Source of the DNA: an uncultured bacterium
GTDB lineage: Bacteria > Patescibacteriota > Minisyncoccia > Moranbacterales > GWC2-37-73
Direction: 5' to 3'
Length of the DNA: 64,000 bases
Assembly (NCBI GenBank): GCA_903837175.1
Contig: CAILTR010000050.1
Span: 17,513-81,512, forward strand
Part shown: piece by piece, positions 47,190 to 57,645 of the stretch
Numbering within the stretch: the stretch's first letter is position 1
Layout: each line of letters opens with the position of its first letter
Made by a program: the position numbers and the translations under genes
The notes under the pieces: model-generated
Told to the model about the DNA's origin: nothing
The model's input: only the letters and a program-made list of their open reading frames with translations
The model's database searches: none

Positions 47190-49031
47190 CTATTTTTTTT
47201 CAAGTTCAATGCTAACCCTATTAGGAAATTGGGGAATCCGCGTAATAAAAGTTGGTGAAAACAAAAGATTAGCGTTTTCTATATTTTGATATTTTTTTAA
47301 AATCATAAGCAACTCACTTTCATTCTTACCAAGTGCTTCACGCTTAAAAAGTTCCAAGTCAACTTTTGGCGTCACTTCGATTTCACCGTGTACCTTTAAA
47401 ACTAGTGCGTTGTCTTCAAAGGAGGGCTCCACGCTAACATATTCAAGACTTTTAATATTTTTTACAGCATCCTTTGGTTGCTCGCTGAATTGAGTTGTTT
47501 TTTCAATAAGTTTTTCAATATCTGTTTGAGCAAAAACTAGCGCCTGCACCTTAGCTGTAACTGTGTAATCAAAAGCTTGGGCGACATCTCCAACCTTTGC
47601 ATTAGCAGACGATTTATCTAGGGTCACCTTCTCAGCCTCCAGCAAGGCCACCTCGCCAACCTGCAGTTGCCCTTTAATTATCTCAGCTACCTTTTCCTTT
47701 AAAGCTAGCTCGGTTTTTTGTTTTGCGCTATCAAGATCATTCTGACTAATCCCAGCAGAAGCATCACCGTCAGTAGTCCCTCCGGTAAAAGCAACGCTAG
47801 ATTTAGCATAAAATTTAGTATATTTTGGGCTACCTTGAAAACCTGGAATCTTAAAATCACTTGCTTGAAGATTATAATCAGCTCCAGGCTGATCAGCAAT
47901 AACCTCCACCGAAATAGCTCCCGGTTTCGACTGCCCGCCAATAACACTTAACCCGGGAATAACAACTGTTTTTAGTAACCTAAAAATCTTACCATCTTCA
48001 GTTTGAACTCTGGTCGTCGCAACTAAGGTTTGTGGCTGATTATCAAATTCATTATACAAAACAATCACTCCCTGAGCTTTTTTGCCCGAAGTGGAACTTT
48101 TTCCAGTGGCAGCATATTGTAAGGTTAATTGCTCCTGACGGTCAATTACGCGCAATGGCAAGGCATCTTCAGTTTGCGGATTTTGTTTAAGATTGGTATC
48201 AAGGTCGACTTTTATTAATTGCACTTTTGGCTTAATAATAATAGCAACGCTTGGGATATAAAGATAACCAGCGACGCCAGCCAGCAGGAAAAGAGAGAAA
48301 ATAATAAAGACAAAAAAGAAATTTTTCGTTTTTCCGTTTGAAATTTGTTTGTTTTCAGGAGAAGGCGCTGATTGCTTTTTTGAATACATTCTTTCTAAGG
48401 TTTTTTCTTTTTCCAAGTCAAGCTTTTGAAAATTCAACTCTTTTTTACCTTGGTTTTGTCTGTCCAACTGAGCGCTACTATCTCTAACAGCTCGGGGATA
48501 AATATCCTTGGCTAAATATTCCTTTTTTTGCTGAGGAAAATCAGGCCCGGCGTGTTGTTCAAAACGCTCCTGAGCGTTAACCTTTGTGATTTTTTTATAC
48601 CCCACTGGCTCAATAGCCTGACTATCTCCAACATCCTTTGATTGCCGTACATCAAAAAAATCATTCGTGCCTACGTTACTTAACCTACCAGACTTATTAA
48701 TACTTTCTTTTTTTGGCATAGCTGGTAATTCCTTAGTCTTAACAGCTTCGAGTTCAGCATCTAAAATTTTATCTAAACCCTCAATTGAGCTTCGAACATC
48801 CACACCACTTCTAACCGCCATCGCAGCCACAACCTCCTCTTGGGTTACCAAAATTACGTGCTTTCTAGCTTTCTCAGCTTCTCGTTTCAGAAGTTTTAAA
48901 TTTACAATACTTTGCAGAAAAATTGCTCGCTTAGGCACGACAAAATAGTTATCAAGCGCCATTGATTTTTTAAGCCTATCTATGACTGAAGATATTTCTT
49001 CGTCAACCTCAATGTAAAATGTTTGGTGCAT
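47190..49031 (-). CDS. Hypothetical bitopic membrane protein (~613 aa): cytoplasmic N-terminal domain, one TM helix, large extracytoplasmic domain.
   Basis: TM helix FFFVFIIFSLFLLAGVAGYLYI. The start MHQTFYIEV at 49031 immediately follows a Family A element. Confidence 0.6.
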   Translation of the reverse strand: MHQTFYIEVDEEISSVIDRLKKSMALDNYFVVPKRAIFLQSIVNLKLLKREAEKARKHVILVTQEEVVAAMAVRSGVDVRSSIEGLDKILDAELEAVKTKELPAMPKKESINKSGRLSNVGTNDFFDVRQSKDVGDSQAIEPVGYKKITKVNAQERFEQHAGPDFPQQKKEYLAKDIYPRAVRDSSAQLDRQNQGKKELNFQKLDLEKEKTLERMYSKKQSAPSPENKQISNGKTKNFFFVFIIFSLFLLAGVAGYLYIPSVAIIIKPKVQLIKVDLDTNLKQNPQTEDALPLRVIDRQEQLTLQYAATGKSSTSGKKAQGVIVLYNEFDNQPQTLVATTRVQTEDGKIFRLLKTVVIPGLSVIGGQSKPGAISVEVIADQPGADYNLQASDFKIPGFQGSPKYTKFYAKSSVAFTGGTTDGDASAGISQNDLDSAKQKTELALKEKVAEIIKGQLQVGEVALLEAEKVTLDKSSANAKVGDVAQAFDYTVTAKVQALVFAQTDIEKLIEKTTQFSEQPKDAVKNIKSLEYVSVEPSFEDNALVLKVHGEIEVTPKVDLELFKREALGKNESELLMILKKYQNIENANLLFSPTFITRIPQFPNRVSIELEKK

Positions 49032-49058
49032 AAAATGATATAAATATCTAATCAACAC

Positions 49059-49146
49059 GAACTAGCTAGCTAATTTTCCCTAATCTCTAAAAAAATTATT
49101 CGCGATTATTCGAGCTAGAATTCGAGTGGATTTGTGAATTATATTA
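49059..49146. repeat. Family A element, copy 13 (outside the ribosomal operon).
   Basis: ctaatcaacac...attcgcgattattcgagctagaattcgagtggatttg. Confidence 0.75.
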
Positions 49147-50415
49147 TTAGTCTTGAATTGTTTGTAACACTCTTCGCAGAATTCCAGCCATAATTTTTTC
49201 TTCATCCGTAACATCTAAAATTAAATTTGCTAAACCCATTGGAGTAACATCTTGCGGATTATTTAAACTATTTGTTTTATCAACAATTCTAACAACATCG
49301 CGCGGCTGGAGGAAACTAACTACTGGCGTTCTTGCAAAAGGTAAATTTCGTACCCATTCCTTTGAAGTCAAGGCCTTTTTAATCCCGGGCAAACCAGACC
49401 CGCCCCCGCAAAGTAAAATTTTTGAAGGTAGCACATCTGAACTTGCAAATTCAGAAAGAGACAATTCCACCCCACTAAGCCAAACGGCGCAATCGCTTTG
49501 CAAAATTTGCTCCACTTTAACACTCACCTCGCTACCTAACTTACCCTGCGCATAGCTTATTTTTAGCTCTTCTGCTTCTTCAAAATTAATTCGCAGCTCT
49601 TGGGCTAATTTTTTCGTAAAAGCCCGGCCGCCAAAAGCAAACATCTTCGTGCCCTCGAGCCCACCATTTCTAACTACGGCAATGTCTGTAGTACCCCCAC
49701 CAATATCAATAAAAATAGCGTTAAAGTCTAAGGCATCATCATAATCCACGCTCCTGGCAACCGCATACGGTTCAGCAGCAATACTAAGTAAATCAATATG
49801 TAGTTCGTCGGCAATTGTTTGTAGCGCGCCAAGATGAATCATGGGAGCATAAGCATTAAAAATACTAACGGAAACATCCTTACCCTGAAAACCAATTGGA
49901 TTCGTGACCTGATAACCATCAATCCGCACGTCCACAATCGCTGCGTTAATTAATTTCACATCAATATCTTGGCCAGTTTCCCATTCAATCTGTTGGGAAA
50001 TCCGCTCATAAGCTTTCACTTGAACTTTCTGAATAATACCTTTTAACTCTTGAAAATCAATCCGAGAATCTGGAGTTAAGCGTTCATAATGAACAGTAGT
50101 AGTTGTTCCCTTAACTAATTCACCCGCAATTCCTACAATAGCTTTTTTTACATTCTTAACTTTAGCATTTGTTAACGCTTCTTTAATTGATAATTGACAA
50201 GTCTCAATCACCCCTGAGATATCCGAAACCGCCCCACTTTGCATGTTGCCTCTTTTTTGCCCTTGTTTCCCAACCCCTATAATACTAGCATTTTTTTCTT
50301 GTTTATTTATTTGAAAAACCAATGCCTTAGCAACTTCCGTTCCAATATCAAGAGCCAGGAAATATTCCTTGCTGTTTTTCGAAAATAAATTAGAAAAAAT
50401 GGACATAAAATACAA
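49147..50415 (-). CDS. ftsA: Cell division protein FtsA.
   Basis: Actin-like ATPase motifs (LALDIGTE, DIGGGTTD). Confidence 0.88.
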   Translation of the reverse strand: MYFMSIFSNLFSKNSKEYFLALDIGTEVAKALVFQINKQEKNASIIGVGKQGQKRGNMQSGAVSDISGVIETCQLSIKEALTNAKVKNVKKAIVGIAGELVKGTTTTVHYERLTPDSRIDFQELKGIIQKVQVKAYERISQQIEWETGQDIDVKLINAAIVDVRIDGYQVTNPIGFQGKDVSVSIFNAYAPMIHLGALQTIADELHIDLLSIAAEPYAVARSVDYDDALDFNAIFIDIGGGTTDIAVVRNGGLEGTKMFAFGGRAFTKKLAQELRINFEEAEELKISYAQGKLGSEVSVKVEQILQSDCAVWLSGVELSLSEFASSDVLPSKILLCGGGSGLPGIKKALTSKEWVRNLPFARTPVVSFLQPRDVVRIVDKTNSLNNPQDVTPMGLANLILDVTDEEKIMAGILRRVLQTIQD

Positions 50416-50453
50416 TAATTTTAAATTTGAAATTAATGCCTAATTAAAAAACA

Positions 50454-51461
50454 TTAGACTAATTTAACAACCGCTACCTTTCCAATAAAATCACCAATCT
50501 CGCTTTCATTTAAAAGTCCTGCCTGCCCGCCATACTGCGTTACAGAACTGCTTGAATTAGCGATTCCCCATTTAAGTGCTGTAGCCAAATCCTTTTCTTT
50601 TAAATAAGCCGCGAGAAAACCACTCACGAAAGCATCACCAGCGCCAGTAGTATCGACAGTGGCTAGCTGTAAAATTGCCTCGGCATGTAAAATTTCATTT
50701 TTCTCTCCCGCCCAAGCTCCCCGCACTCCGTCAGTCAATACTACGGTTTTTACTCCAATCTTTTGAAATTCTTTTATTAAATCTGTTTCACTTTCAGAGA
50801 TGTTTCTTTGCACCCCAGTAAGAATTTCCAGGGCCTCATCCTTATTAATAAATAAGAAATCGCAAACTGAGCTAGCTTCTATTATCCGTTGACTGTCTTC
50901 CTGAATAGCTTTCTCTCTGGGATTAAAAGCGATTGGAATTTTTTTAGCTTTCGCCACTGAAATTATTGCATCAAGATTCTTTTTCCAATCTCCACTAAGG
51001 TCGCCAACAAAAACTAAGTCGCAATCCTCAATTTGATCACTAGCAATTTCAAACTTTTCACTTGCATCGTGTCCAGAGAAAATAACCCGGTCACCACTAT
51101 CTTTATCAACCACAATTGAAGAGGCATCACTCGCGTGCCGCGCAATCACAACTAATTTTTCAATCCCGATTTTTTCACGTTGAAGTTCCGTTTTTATCCA
51201 TTTACCCGTTTCATCGTCACCAATTGGAGCGTAGCATTGAGCTTCAAAGCCAAGTTTCACCATTCCAACAGCAACATTAATTGAACAACCTCCTAGCGTT
51301 TCATGCTTATCGGAAATATGATATTTTGCGCCGAGCTCAAAAGCAATTTTTCTCTGAGACAATAAATCCTCAGGCGTTTCAATTAAAACACCTTCACTGG
51401 TAGGTAAAAAAGTATCCTTAGTTACTGAACCTATTGCAAGAATTTTAGCCATCTGAGTCAT
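50454..51461 (-). CDS. PfkB-family carbohydrate kinase (ribokinase-like).
   Basis: GG motif at the N-terminus and DTTGAGDAF at the C-terminus. Confidence 0.8.
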   Translation of the reverse strand: MTQMAKILAIGSVTKDTFLPTSEGVLIETPEDLLSQRKIAFELGAKYHISDKHETLGGCSINVAVGMVKLGFEAQCYAPIGDDETGKWIKTELQREKIGIEKLVVIARHASDASSIVVDKDSGDRVIFSGHDASEKFEIASDQIEDCDLVFVGDLSGDWKKNLDAIISVAKAKKIPIAFNPREKAIQEDSQRIIEASSVCDFLFINKDEALEILTGVQRNISESETDLIKEFQKIGVKTVVLTDGVRGAWAGEKNEILHAEAILQLATVDTTGAGDAFVSGFLAAYLKEKDLATALKWGIANSSSSVTQYGGQAGLLNESEIGDFIGKVAVVKLV

Positions 51462-51462
51462 G

Positions 51463-51551
51463 AAGCATAAAACACGAAACATGGAGCAAGCAATGCGCTG
51501 CGTGTTATGTGTTTTATGTTATGTGTTATGTGTTATGTGTTCTATGATTTA
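51463..51551. repeat. Heptamer microsatellite (gttatgt/catggaa family).
   Basis: ...gtgttatgtgttttatgttatgtgttatgtgttatgtgttctatg. Confidence 0.8.
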
Positions 51552-52840
51552 AGTTCTGCTTCTATTTTCATAAGTCTATTGTACTTACATAGTCGCTCGC
51601 CGCGAGAAAGTGAACCTGACTTTATAAATTCAGCAGCTGTCCCAACCGCCAGGTCAGCGATAAAATCATCCGTCGTTTCGCCACTGCGATGTGAAACCAT
51701 AACTTTCATTTTATTTTTCTTAGCTAGTCGAATACAATCAAAAGTTTCCGAGAGTGATCCAATTTGGTTAACTTTAATAAGTACCGCGTTACATGCCTTT
51801 TCCTTAATAGCCTTTTCCAGTCTTTTAACATTAGTAACCAATAAATCATCTCCAACTAAAATATGCTGGTCTAAAACACTTTTAGTGACCTCACTAGAAA
51901 TTGGCTTTTTTACAATTTTCTCAGTCATAACTTTCCAACCCGCCCAATCTTCTTCCGCTAAACCATCTTCAATTGAAACAAGGTGGTATTTATCAATCCA
52001 TTCTCGATAAATACTAATCAAACGTTCTTTCTCAAGACTTACACCTTCCGGTTTTAAAATATAAAGATCCTCACGCTCATCATAAAAAGAACTAGCAGCT
52101 GCGTCAATTCCAAGGTTAACTTGCTTGCCAAGTTCATACCCAGCCTGAGTAATGGCTTGACTAATAATTTCAAGTGCTTGAGTATTACTTTCTAATCTTG
52201 GCGCAAAACCACCCTCATCGCCGACCGCCGTACTTTGCTTAGCAACTTCTAGAATTTTTTTCAGCGTATGAAAAATCTCGCTTCCGGCGCGTAGTTGCTC
52301 GGAAAAAGTTTTCACGCCCGTTGGAATTATCTTAAATTCTTGGATACCTAAACCATTATCGCTATGCTGACCACCATTAAGCACGTTAAACATTGGGACT
52401 GGTAATTTTGGCTTAACTTTAATTTCACAAATATCATTAATGTATTGATAAAGCGGAATGCCTTTTTCGTTAGCAGCTGCCCGACAAACTGCCAAGGAAA
52501 CCCCCAGGATAGCATTAGCGCCTAAATTACTTTTATTTTCACTCCCATCCAATGTCAGCATAAGTTCGTCAATATGCCCCTGCCTGAAAACTTCCTCACC
52601 AACTAGTCTTTTTTTAATCAAAGTATTTACATTTTCCACCGCTTTTAAAACGCCTAGTCCTAGGTATCGCTTAGGATCATTATCCCTAAGTTCTAAAGCT
52701 TCAAATTTTCCCGTAGAAGCTCCTGAGGGAACCGAGGCTACACCTTTAACTCCACTCTCTAAACTAACTTCAACTTCAATAGTTGGATTGCCTCTTGAAT
52801 CTAAAATTTCTCGACTAATAATGTTTGTAATTTTTGACAT
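51542..52840 (-). CDS. eno: Enolase.
   Basis: ILDSRGNPTIEVEV N-terminus and SHRSGETED-like catalytic loop (SHRSGETTD). Confidence 0.96.
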   Translation of the reverse strand: MSKITNIISREILDSRGNPTIEVEVSLESGVKGVASVPSGASTGKFEALELRDNDPKRYLGLGVLKAVENVNTLIKKRLVGEEVFRQGHIDELMLTLDGSENKSNLGANAILGVSLAVCRAAANEKGIPLYQYINDICEIKVKPKLPVPMFNVLNGGQHSDNGLGIQEFKIIPTGVKTFSEQLRAGSEIFHTLKKILEVAKQSTAVGDEGGFAPRLESNTQALEIISQAITQAGYELGKQVNLGIDAAASSFYDEREDLYILKPEGVSLEKERLISIYREWIDKYHLVSIEDGLAEEDWAGWKVMTEKIVKKPISSEVTKSVLDQHILVGDDLLVTNVKRLEKAIKEKACNAVLIKVNQIGSLSETFDCIRLAKKNKMKVMVSHRSGETTDDFIADLAVGTAAEFIKSGSLSRGERLCKYNRLMKIEAELKS

Positions 52841-52883
52841 ATCTTTGCGATATTTTTTAAGTAAATTAGAAGACTAACAGAGA

Positions 52884-53498
52884 CTAAACATTCGTCCGTA
52901 TCCAAATAAACATCTGTTGCAATGGATTAAATAAAATCAGCGATGCCAGCAATAGGAAATAATAAACAGTTAGATATTTTAAACTCAAAAAATATTCCTG
53001 TTGCATCAGGAATGCCTCATTACTACTCCTTAGTAAAAGCTTCCAAGAAAGTCTTAAAAATTTATAATGCACAACTGAAATCACCATTATCGATAAAACT
53101 AAAATAATCCAAGAGAGATAGAATTTACTTCCATAAAGAAAAAAAGTTCCGAAAAAAAATGATGGCAAAATTAAGAATGTTTCTCTATCCCAACAATAAT
53201 TTTCCTTTTGAAAGTTTTTAAAACTGGAAAAATATAGGTAGGGAATCATGACAAAATTAATCGTCAGGCCTATTGAAAAGACCACCACCATCACCCAACT
53301 GAAAGCACCAAAATAGGTCCCCGGCGCAAAAATTCCAACATTATTTAGGAATACCAAAAGAAAACCAGCAATCAATAGCAATTCTGAAGTTCGAAGTCCA
53401 ATTATGGTCAGAGTATCCGTCTTTTTAGCCTCATACAAAGGAACTTCTTTATCATCTAAAGTTACATTTTTTTTACCCTTGAAGTCAGGAGTAAGCAT
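52884..53498 (-). CDS. Hypothetical membrane protein (four TM helices).
   Basis: Intact ORF on the gene strand with hydrophobic segments. Confidence 0.5.
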   Translation of the reverse strand: MLTPDFKGKKNVTLDDKEVPLYEAKKTDTLTIIGLRTSELLLIAGFLLVFLNNVGIFAPGTYFGAFSWVMVVVFSIGLTINFVMIPYLYFSSFKNFQKENYCWDRETFLILPSFFFGTFFLYGSKFYLSWIILVLSIMVISVVHYKFLRLSWKLLLRSSNEAFLMQQEYFLSLKYLTVYYFLLLASLILFNPLQQMFIWIRTNV

Positions 53499-53595
53499 AG
53501 AAGAATCTTCTTAGGAAGTTAACATTATAAATTTTCCCCTTGCTTTAATTATAACACACTTATCGCATTTTTTAAACCAACTACACCCCTACCTT

Positions 53596-54642
53596 TCATT
53601 TGATCTGCAAGGCTATTATCCCCGGCATCTCACTTCCACTAAGATATTCTAGCATTGCGCCACCGCCAGTTGAAACAAACGAAACCTTCGACATTAAATT
53701 ATTCTCTTCCAACACTTGCACCGATTCACCCCCACCAATTAACGTAAAAGCCCCACTTTCGATCACCGCGGTTAAAATTTCTCGCGTAGCTTTATCGAAA
53801 GGTGGTTGTTCAAATTTTCCCATTGGGCCATTCCAAACAATCACTTTCGACTGGGCAATAATTTCTTTAAACTGTTGGATTGTTTTTTCGCCAAGATCCA
53901 AGCGATCTTGAGCAAAGTCAATTGGCAAAATCACTTTCGCTGAAAATTTGAGCGCCTGATCAAGCGCTTCATTAGCAATTTTTCCGCCCACTAAAACGTG
54001 CGAATATTTTGCTTCGAAAATTTTAATCAAGCCTAATTTTGTTTCAATTTTAGCTCCACCAATAATCGCCGTAGCTGGAAGCTGGGGATCATTTAGGACT
54101 TTATCAAGATTTTCAAGTTCTTTTTGAAGCCAAAAACCCCCGTAACTTGGCAAATAGTTCGTAATCCCTGTGATGGAAGCTTGCTTGCGATGACAGACGC
54201 TAAAAGCATCATTTACGTAAACATCAAAATTTTCTGCTAATTGTTGGGAAAAGGTTTCCCCATTAGTTTCTTCGCCGCCGTGGAAACGCACATTTTCCAA
54301 AAGCAAAATTTCACCTTCGGCTAGTTTTTCTAAAGCTTGCGCAACTTGCTCGCCAATGCAATCAGCCATGAATACAATCTTTTTATTTAAAATTTTCTCA
54401 AGCTCGCCGACTAATTGAAGCAAGGAAAAATCAAGATTTACCTGTCCGTCAGGTCTACCCAGATGTGACGTCAGCGCAATCTTAACCCCTTTTTGACTTG
54501 CTAAAAATTCCACAGTTTCTTTGCAGGCTTCTAATTTAAACCTTTCTTGAATTTTTCCTTCCGCAATTCCCACATTAAAATCTGCCCGCACTAAAACTTT
54601 TTTACCTTCAAAATTACCGCCTTGAATTTTTTTTATTCCCAT
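53596..54642 (-). CDS. pgk: Phosphoglycerate kinase.
   Basis: VRADFNV N-terminus and GGGA...STGGGA. Start is MGIKK at 54642; the upstream ORF extension is CATGGAA repeat. Confidence 0.9.
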   Translation of the reverse strand: MGIKKIQGGNFEGKKVLVRADFNVGIAEGKIQERFKLEACKETVEFLASQKGVKIALTSHLGRPDGQVNLDFSLLQLVGELEKILNKKIVFMADCIGEQVAQALEKLAEGEILLLENVRFHGGEETNGETFSQQLAENFDVYVNDAFSVCHRKQASITGITNYLPSYGGFWLQKELENLDKVLNDPQLPATAIIGGAKIETKLGLIKIFEAKYSHVLVGGKIANEALDQALKFSAKVILPIDFAQDRLDLGEKTIQQFKEIIAQSKVIVWNGPMGKFEQPPFDKATREILTAVIESGAFTLIGGGESVQVLEENNLMSKVSFVSTGGGAMLEYLSGSEMPGIIALQIK

Positions 54643-54654
54643 AGGATTTACACA

Positions 54655-54793
54655 GCATGGACCATGGAACATGGAACATGGAACAATGCCTTATTTTAAA
54701 ATATTTTATTTTTTATTTCACCCTATCAATCCATTTATTTTGCATTTTGCTTTTTCTGTTACATGTTATATGTTACATGATCCATGATTCTCA
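54655..54793. repeat. CATGGAA heptamer microsatellite plus an inverted tgttatatgttacatg unit.
   Basis: catggaccatggaacatggaacatggaaca ... acatgttatatgttacatgatccatg. Confidence 0.8.
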
Positions 54794-55891
54794 TTTTCCC
54801 ATCCCGAAAATTGCCATAATAACCCCGATCAAAGCGGTTACCATCGTAAAAATCCAGGCTCGCATGACAATCTTACATTCTGGCCAACCAAGCGCTTCAA
54901 AATGGTGATGCAAGGGCGCAGCCAAAAAAACTTTTCGGTGAAAAAACTTTTTACTGGAAAGTTGGATAATCACACTCCCCGATTCAAGCACATAGACCAA
55001 CACAATCAGGAAAAGTACCAGCGCTGAGTTTGTCAGCATCGCCACCACCCCCAAGGTTGTTCCAAGCGACACCGCCCCAGTATCACCCATCATAAAACGA
55101 GCCGGCGCAATATTAAACCAAAGAAAGGCCAAAATCACTCCAGCCATAGCGGCACAAAAAGAAGCCAAGTCAACTTTGTTTTGGAAAAAAGCAATGATCG
55201 CAAAAGAAAAAAAGGCCACCAATAAAACTCCGCCATTAAGCCCATCTAAACCATCAGTTTCATTAGAAGAAATTGCTGAAAACAAAATTACAAAAATAAA
55301 AAGCGGAATATACCATAACCCAATATTAAAATCGCCCACAGCTGGAACATGCAAAACGTCCCAACCCAGCTTATAATAAAACCACCAACCACCTGCCGCC
55401 GCAATTGCAATCAGCCAGCCAAAACGCATTGCAAATTTAATTCCGCCACCTTTATTTTTTCCCCAACCGCGCACGCTCAAAAAGTCATCAAAAAGCCCCA
55501 GGATACCCGCCGAGACAAGCGCAAAAAGCGGAAGCCAAACCTGCTTACGACTTAAAAAATCCAGTCGCGCAATCGAACTAACATTTAAACTTTCCGCAAG
55601 CCAGGGAAAAATAAAGTGCGAAGCAAAAACTAAAATTAAAATCGAAAACCACATAATCACCCCACCCATCGTTGGGGTTCCAGCTTTATGCGCATGCAAT
55701 TTATTGACAAAAGTCAGCTTCTCACCATTGACATCGCTACTTTTAATTTTAATCCCTATCTTATATTTATATAAAATATGCGTCCAAATTGGCGTGATTG
55801 CAAAAGCCAACGCAAAAGCGATAATGCCGGTCGACAAAACCTTTAAAACATTAAATACCTCTGGGATTGTTTGAATTTGAGCAAATTGCAT
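54791..55891 (-). CDS. mraY: Phospho-N-acetylmuramoyl-pentapeptide transferase.
   Basis: GTPTMGG motif and ten TM helices. The start MQFAQIQ at 55891 directly follows a Family A element. Confidence 0.88.
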   Translation of the reverse strand: MQFAQIQTIPEVFNVLKVLSTGIIAFALAFAITPIWTHILYKYKIGIKIKSSDVNGEKLTFVNKLHAHKAGTPTMGGVIMWFSILILVFASHFIFPWLAESLNVSSIARLDFLSRKQVWLPLFALVSAGILGLFDDFLSVRGWGKNKGGGIKFAMRFGWLIAIAAAGGWWFYYKLGWDVLHVPAVGDFNIGLWYIPLFIFVILFSAISSNETDGLDGLNGGVLLVAFFSFAIIAFFQNKVDLASFCAAMAGVILAFLWFNIAPARFMMGDTGAVSLGTTLGVVAMLTNSALVLFLIVLVYVLESGSVIIQLSSKKFFHRKVFLAAPLHHHFEALGWPECKIVMRAWIFTMVTALIGVIMAIFGMGK

Positions 55892-55918
55892 AAAATTATA
55901 TAAATCGCTAATCGACAC

Positions 55919-56002
55919 TAATTAATTCACTAAGCATCGCTAATACATTCGTGTGGATTCGGGATTTTGTTTTAAAAAAATTCGTGATTATTCGCGACTA
56001 AA
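55919..56002. repeat. Family A element, copy 14 (outside the ribosomal operon).
   Basis: ctaatcgacactaat...attcgtgtggattcggg...attcgtgattattcgcgac. Confidence 0.7.
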
Positions 56003-57040
56003 CTATTCCCATTGATACGAAGCAAACGTCCAACCAAGGGCTGCTTTCATATCTACCCAGCGCGTTGGATCATCCAGCAGTACTGCTACCACTCGATGTT
56101 TCCCAGTTGGGTCAGTCGCCCCCATCAATAAAGAATAGCCCGCCAAAGGAGTAAAACCAGTTTTACCACCCAATAAATTCGGCACCTGATCGATTGCTAA
56201 ATCAGTATTTAAAATAGTGTGCGCGGTCTTACCGTCAACAGAAGTAATGACTGAATTATTTGGCAACTTAAACATTTTCCAAATCGTATCATACCGCATT
56301 GAATAAGCCGCAATGCGCGCAATATCATAAGCCGACGAAAAACACTCTGCCTCCCGCCCCTCAGGCTCTAAGCCAGATGGAGTACAAAAATGAGTATCGC
56401 TCAAACCTAACTCTTTTGCTTTTTGGTTCATTACCTCAGCGAAAGCATCTTGCGAGCCAGCAATATGCTTGCCCAACGCAATCGCTGCGTCGTTAGCACT
56501 ATTCATTAGCATTGCTTGCAAGAGACTGCGCACTGAAATTTTTTCACCAATTTTTAAACGTTGACTAATGCAATAGCCGCTTCGCGGACAACCAATTTTT
56601 GTGCCCTCCACGTAAACAGCTTCGTCATCAATCGTTACTTCTTCATCTAAATTTTTTATTTTCTCCATCACCAAAGTAGCTGTCATCAGTTTAGTCAGCG
56701 AAGCAATCTGACGTTGCTCGCGGCCTTTATCATAATGCAAAATTGTCCCAGAATCAGCATCAATCACCACTGAAGCATGCGCCCCAGGTAAAGTTAGATC
56801 AACTGCACCAATCTTGCGCATTGACTGATACTGCGAAGTAAAAATTTCTGTTTTCTTTGGTGCGACCGCCAGTTCAACTTTTTGAGTTTCGGCGCCTTCC
56901 ACACTACCCTGCTGTAAGCTTCCTTCAGTTTCCTCAGTTTTTGCCTGCGCCTGACTATCGCCAAAAACCCCATTTTGCAAAAGCAAAAAAGAGTTCAGTG
57001 GAAAAAACACAAGCATCAAAATTGTTGAAAAAATAGCCAT
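56003..57040 (-). CDS. D-alanyl-D-alanine carboxypeptidase (S11, PBP5-like) with a signal peptide.
   Basis: Active-site SLTK, SAN and KTG motifs. N-terminal signal peptide. Confidence 0.85.
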   Translation of the reverse strand: MAIFSTILMLVFFPLNSFLLLQNGVFGDSQAQAKTEETEGSLQQGSVEGAETQKVELAVAPKKTEIFTSQYQSMRKIGAVDLTLPGAHASVVIDADSGTILHYDKGREQRQIASLTKLMTATLVMEKIKNLDEEVTIDDEAVYVEGTKIGCPRSGYCISQRLKIGEKISVRSLLQAMLMNSANDAAIALGKHIAGSQDAFAEVMNQKAKELGLSDTHFCTPSGLEPEGREAECFSSAYDIARIAAYSMRYDTIWKMFKLPNNSVITSVDGKTAHTILNTDLAIDQVPNLLGGKTGFTPLAGYSLLMGATDPTGKHRVVAVLLDDPTRWVDMKAALGWTFASYQWE

Positions 57041-57065
57041 CTATCCTAAAAAATAATCAAAAAAA

Positions 57066-57617
57066 TTACAAACTCTCACTAGTGACAGAGTCAACTCGTG
57101 CATCTACTGACAGTGTAGCATAATCTGGCAATTTTTTCACGTCATCAACTCCGAGTTTTTTTAAAAATTCAAAAGAAACCCCATAAAGATAACCGCGACT
57201 ATCGCGCGGGTTATCGCTCCGCTCAATCAAACCTCGCAAGAGTAAATTTCGCAAAGTATAATTACAATTCACCCCGCGAATTGCTTCGATCTCTGATTTT
57301 GAAATCAGTCCTCGATAAGCGATAATCGAAACTACTTCTAAAGCCGCTGGTGACAGGGCATCTTGAAGTTCGCTTTTTACAAGTTGCTCCACGAACTCCG
57401 CATTCTCACTTCGGGAAGCCAACTGAAATTCATCGCCTTTGCGAATCAGCGCCAACCCACTTTGCAAATTAGCATATTTTTCCTGCAAAGCTTCCAAGCC
57501 TTTTTCAATTTCCGCTTTTTCCAAATTAAGCACCTTTACCAAACGTGCCATCTTTATTGGCTCGCCACTAACAAATAATACACTCTCCAGCGCTGACATG
57601 ATTTTTTCTTCATTCAT
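57066..57617 (-). CDS. scpB: Segregation and condensation protein B.
   Basis: Tandem winged-helix domains in the conserved position after scpA. Confidence 0.85.
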   Translation of the reverse strand: MNEEKIMSALESVLFVSGEPIKMARLVKVLNLEKAEIEKGLEALQEKYANLQSGLALIRKGDEFQLASRSENAEFVEQLVKSELQDALSPAALEVVSIIAYRGLISKSEIEAIRGVNCNYTLRNLLLRGLIERSDNPRDSRGYLYGVSFEFLKKLGVDDVKKLPDYATLSVDARVDSVTSESL

Positions 57618-57645
57618 AGTTTTAAACTTTACGACTTGATTACTT

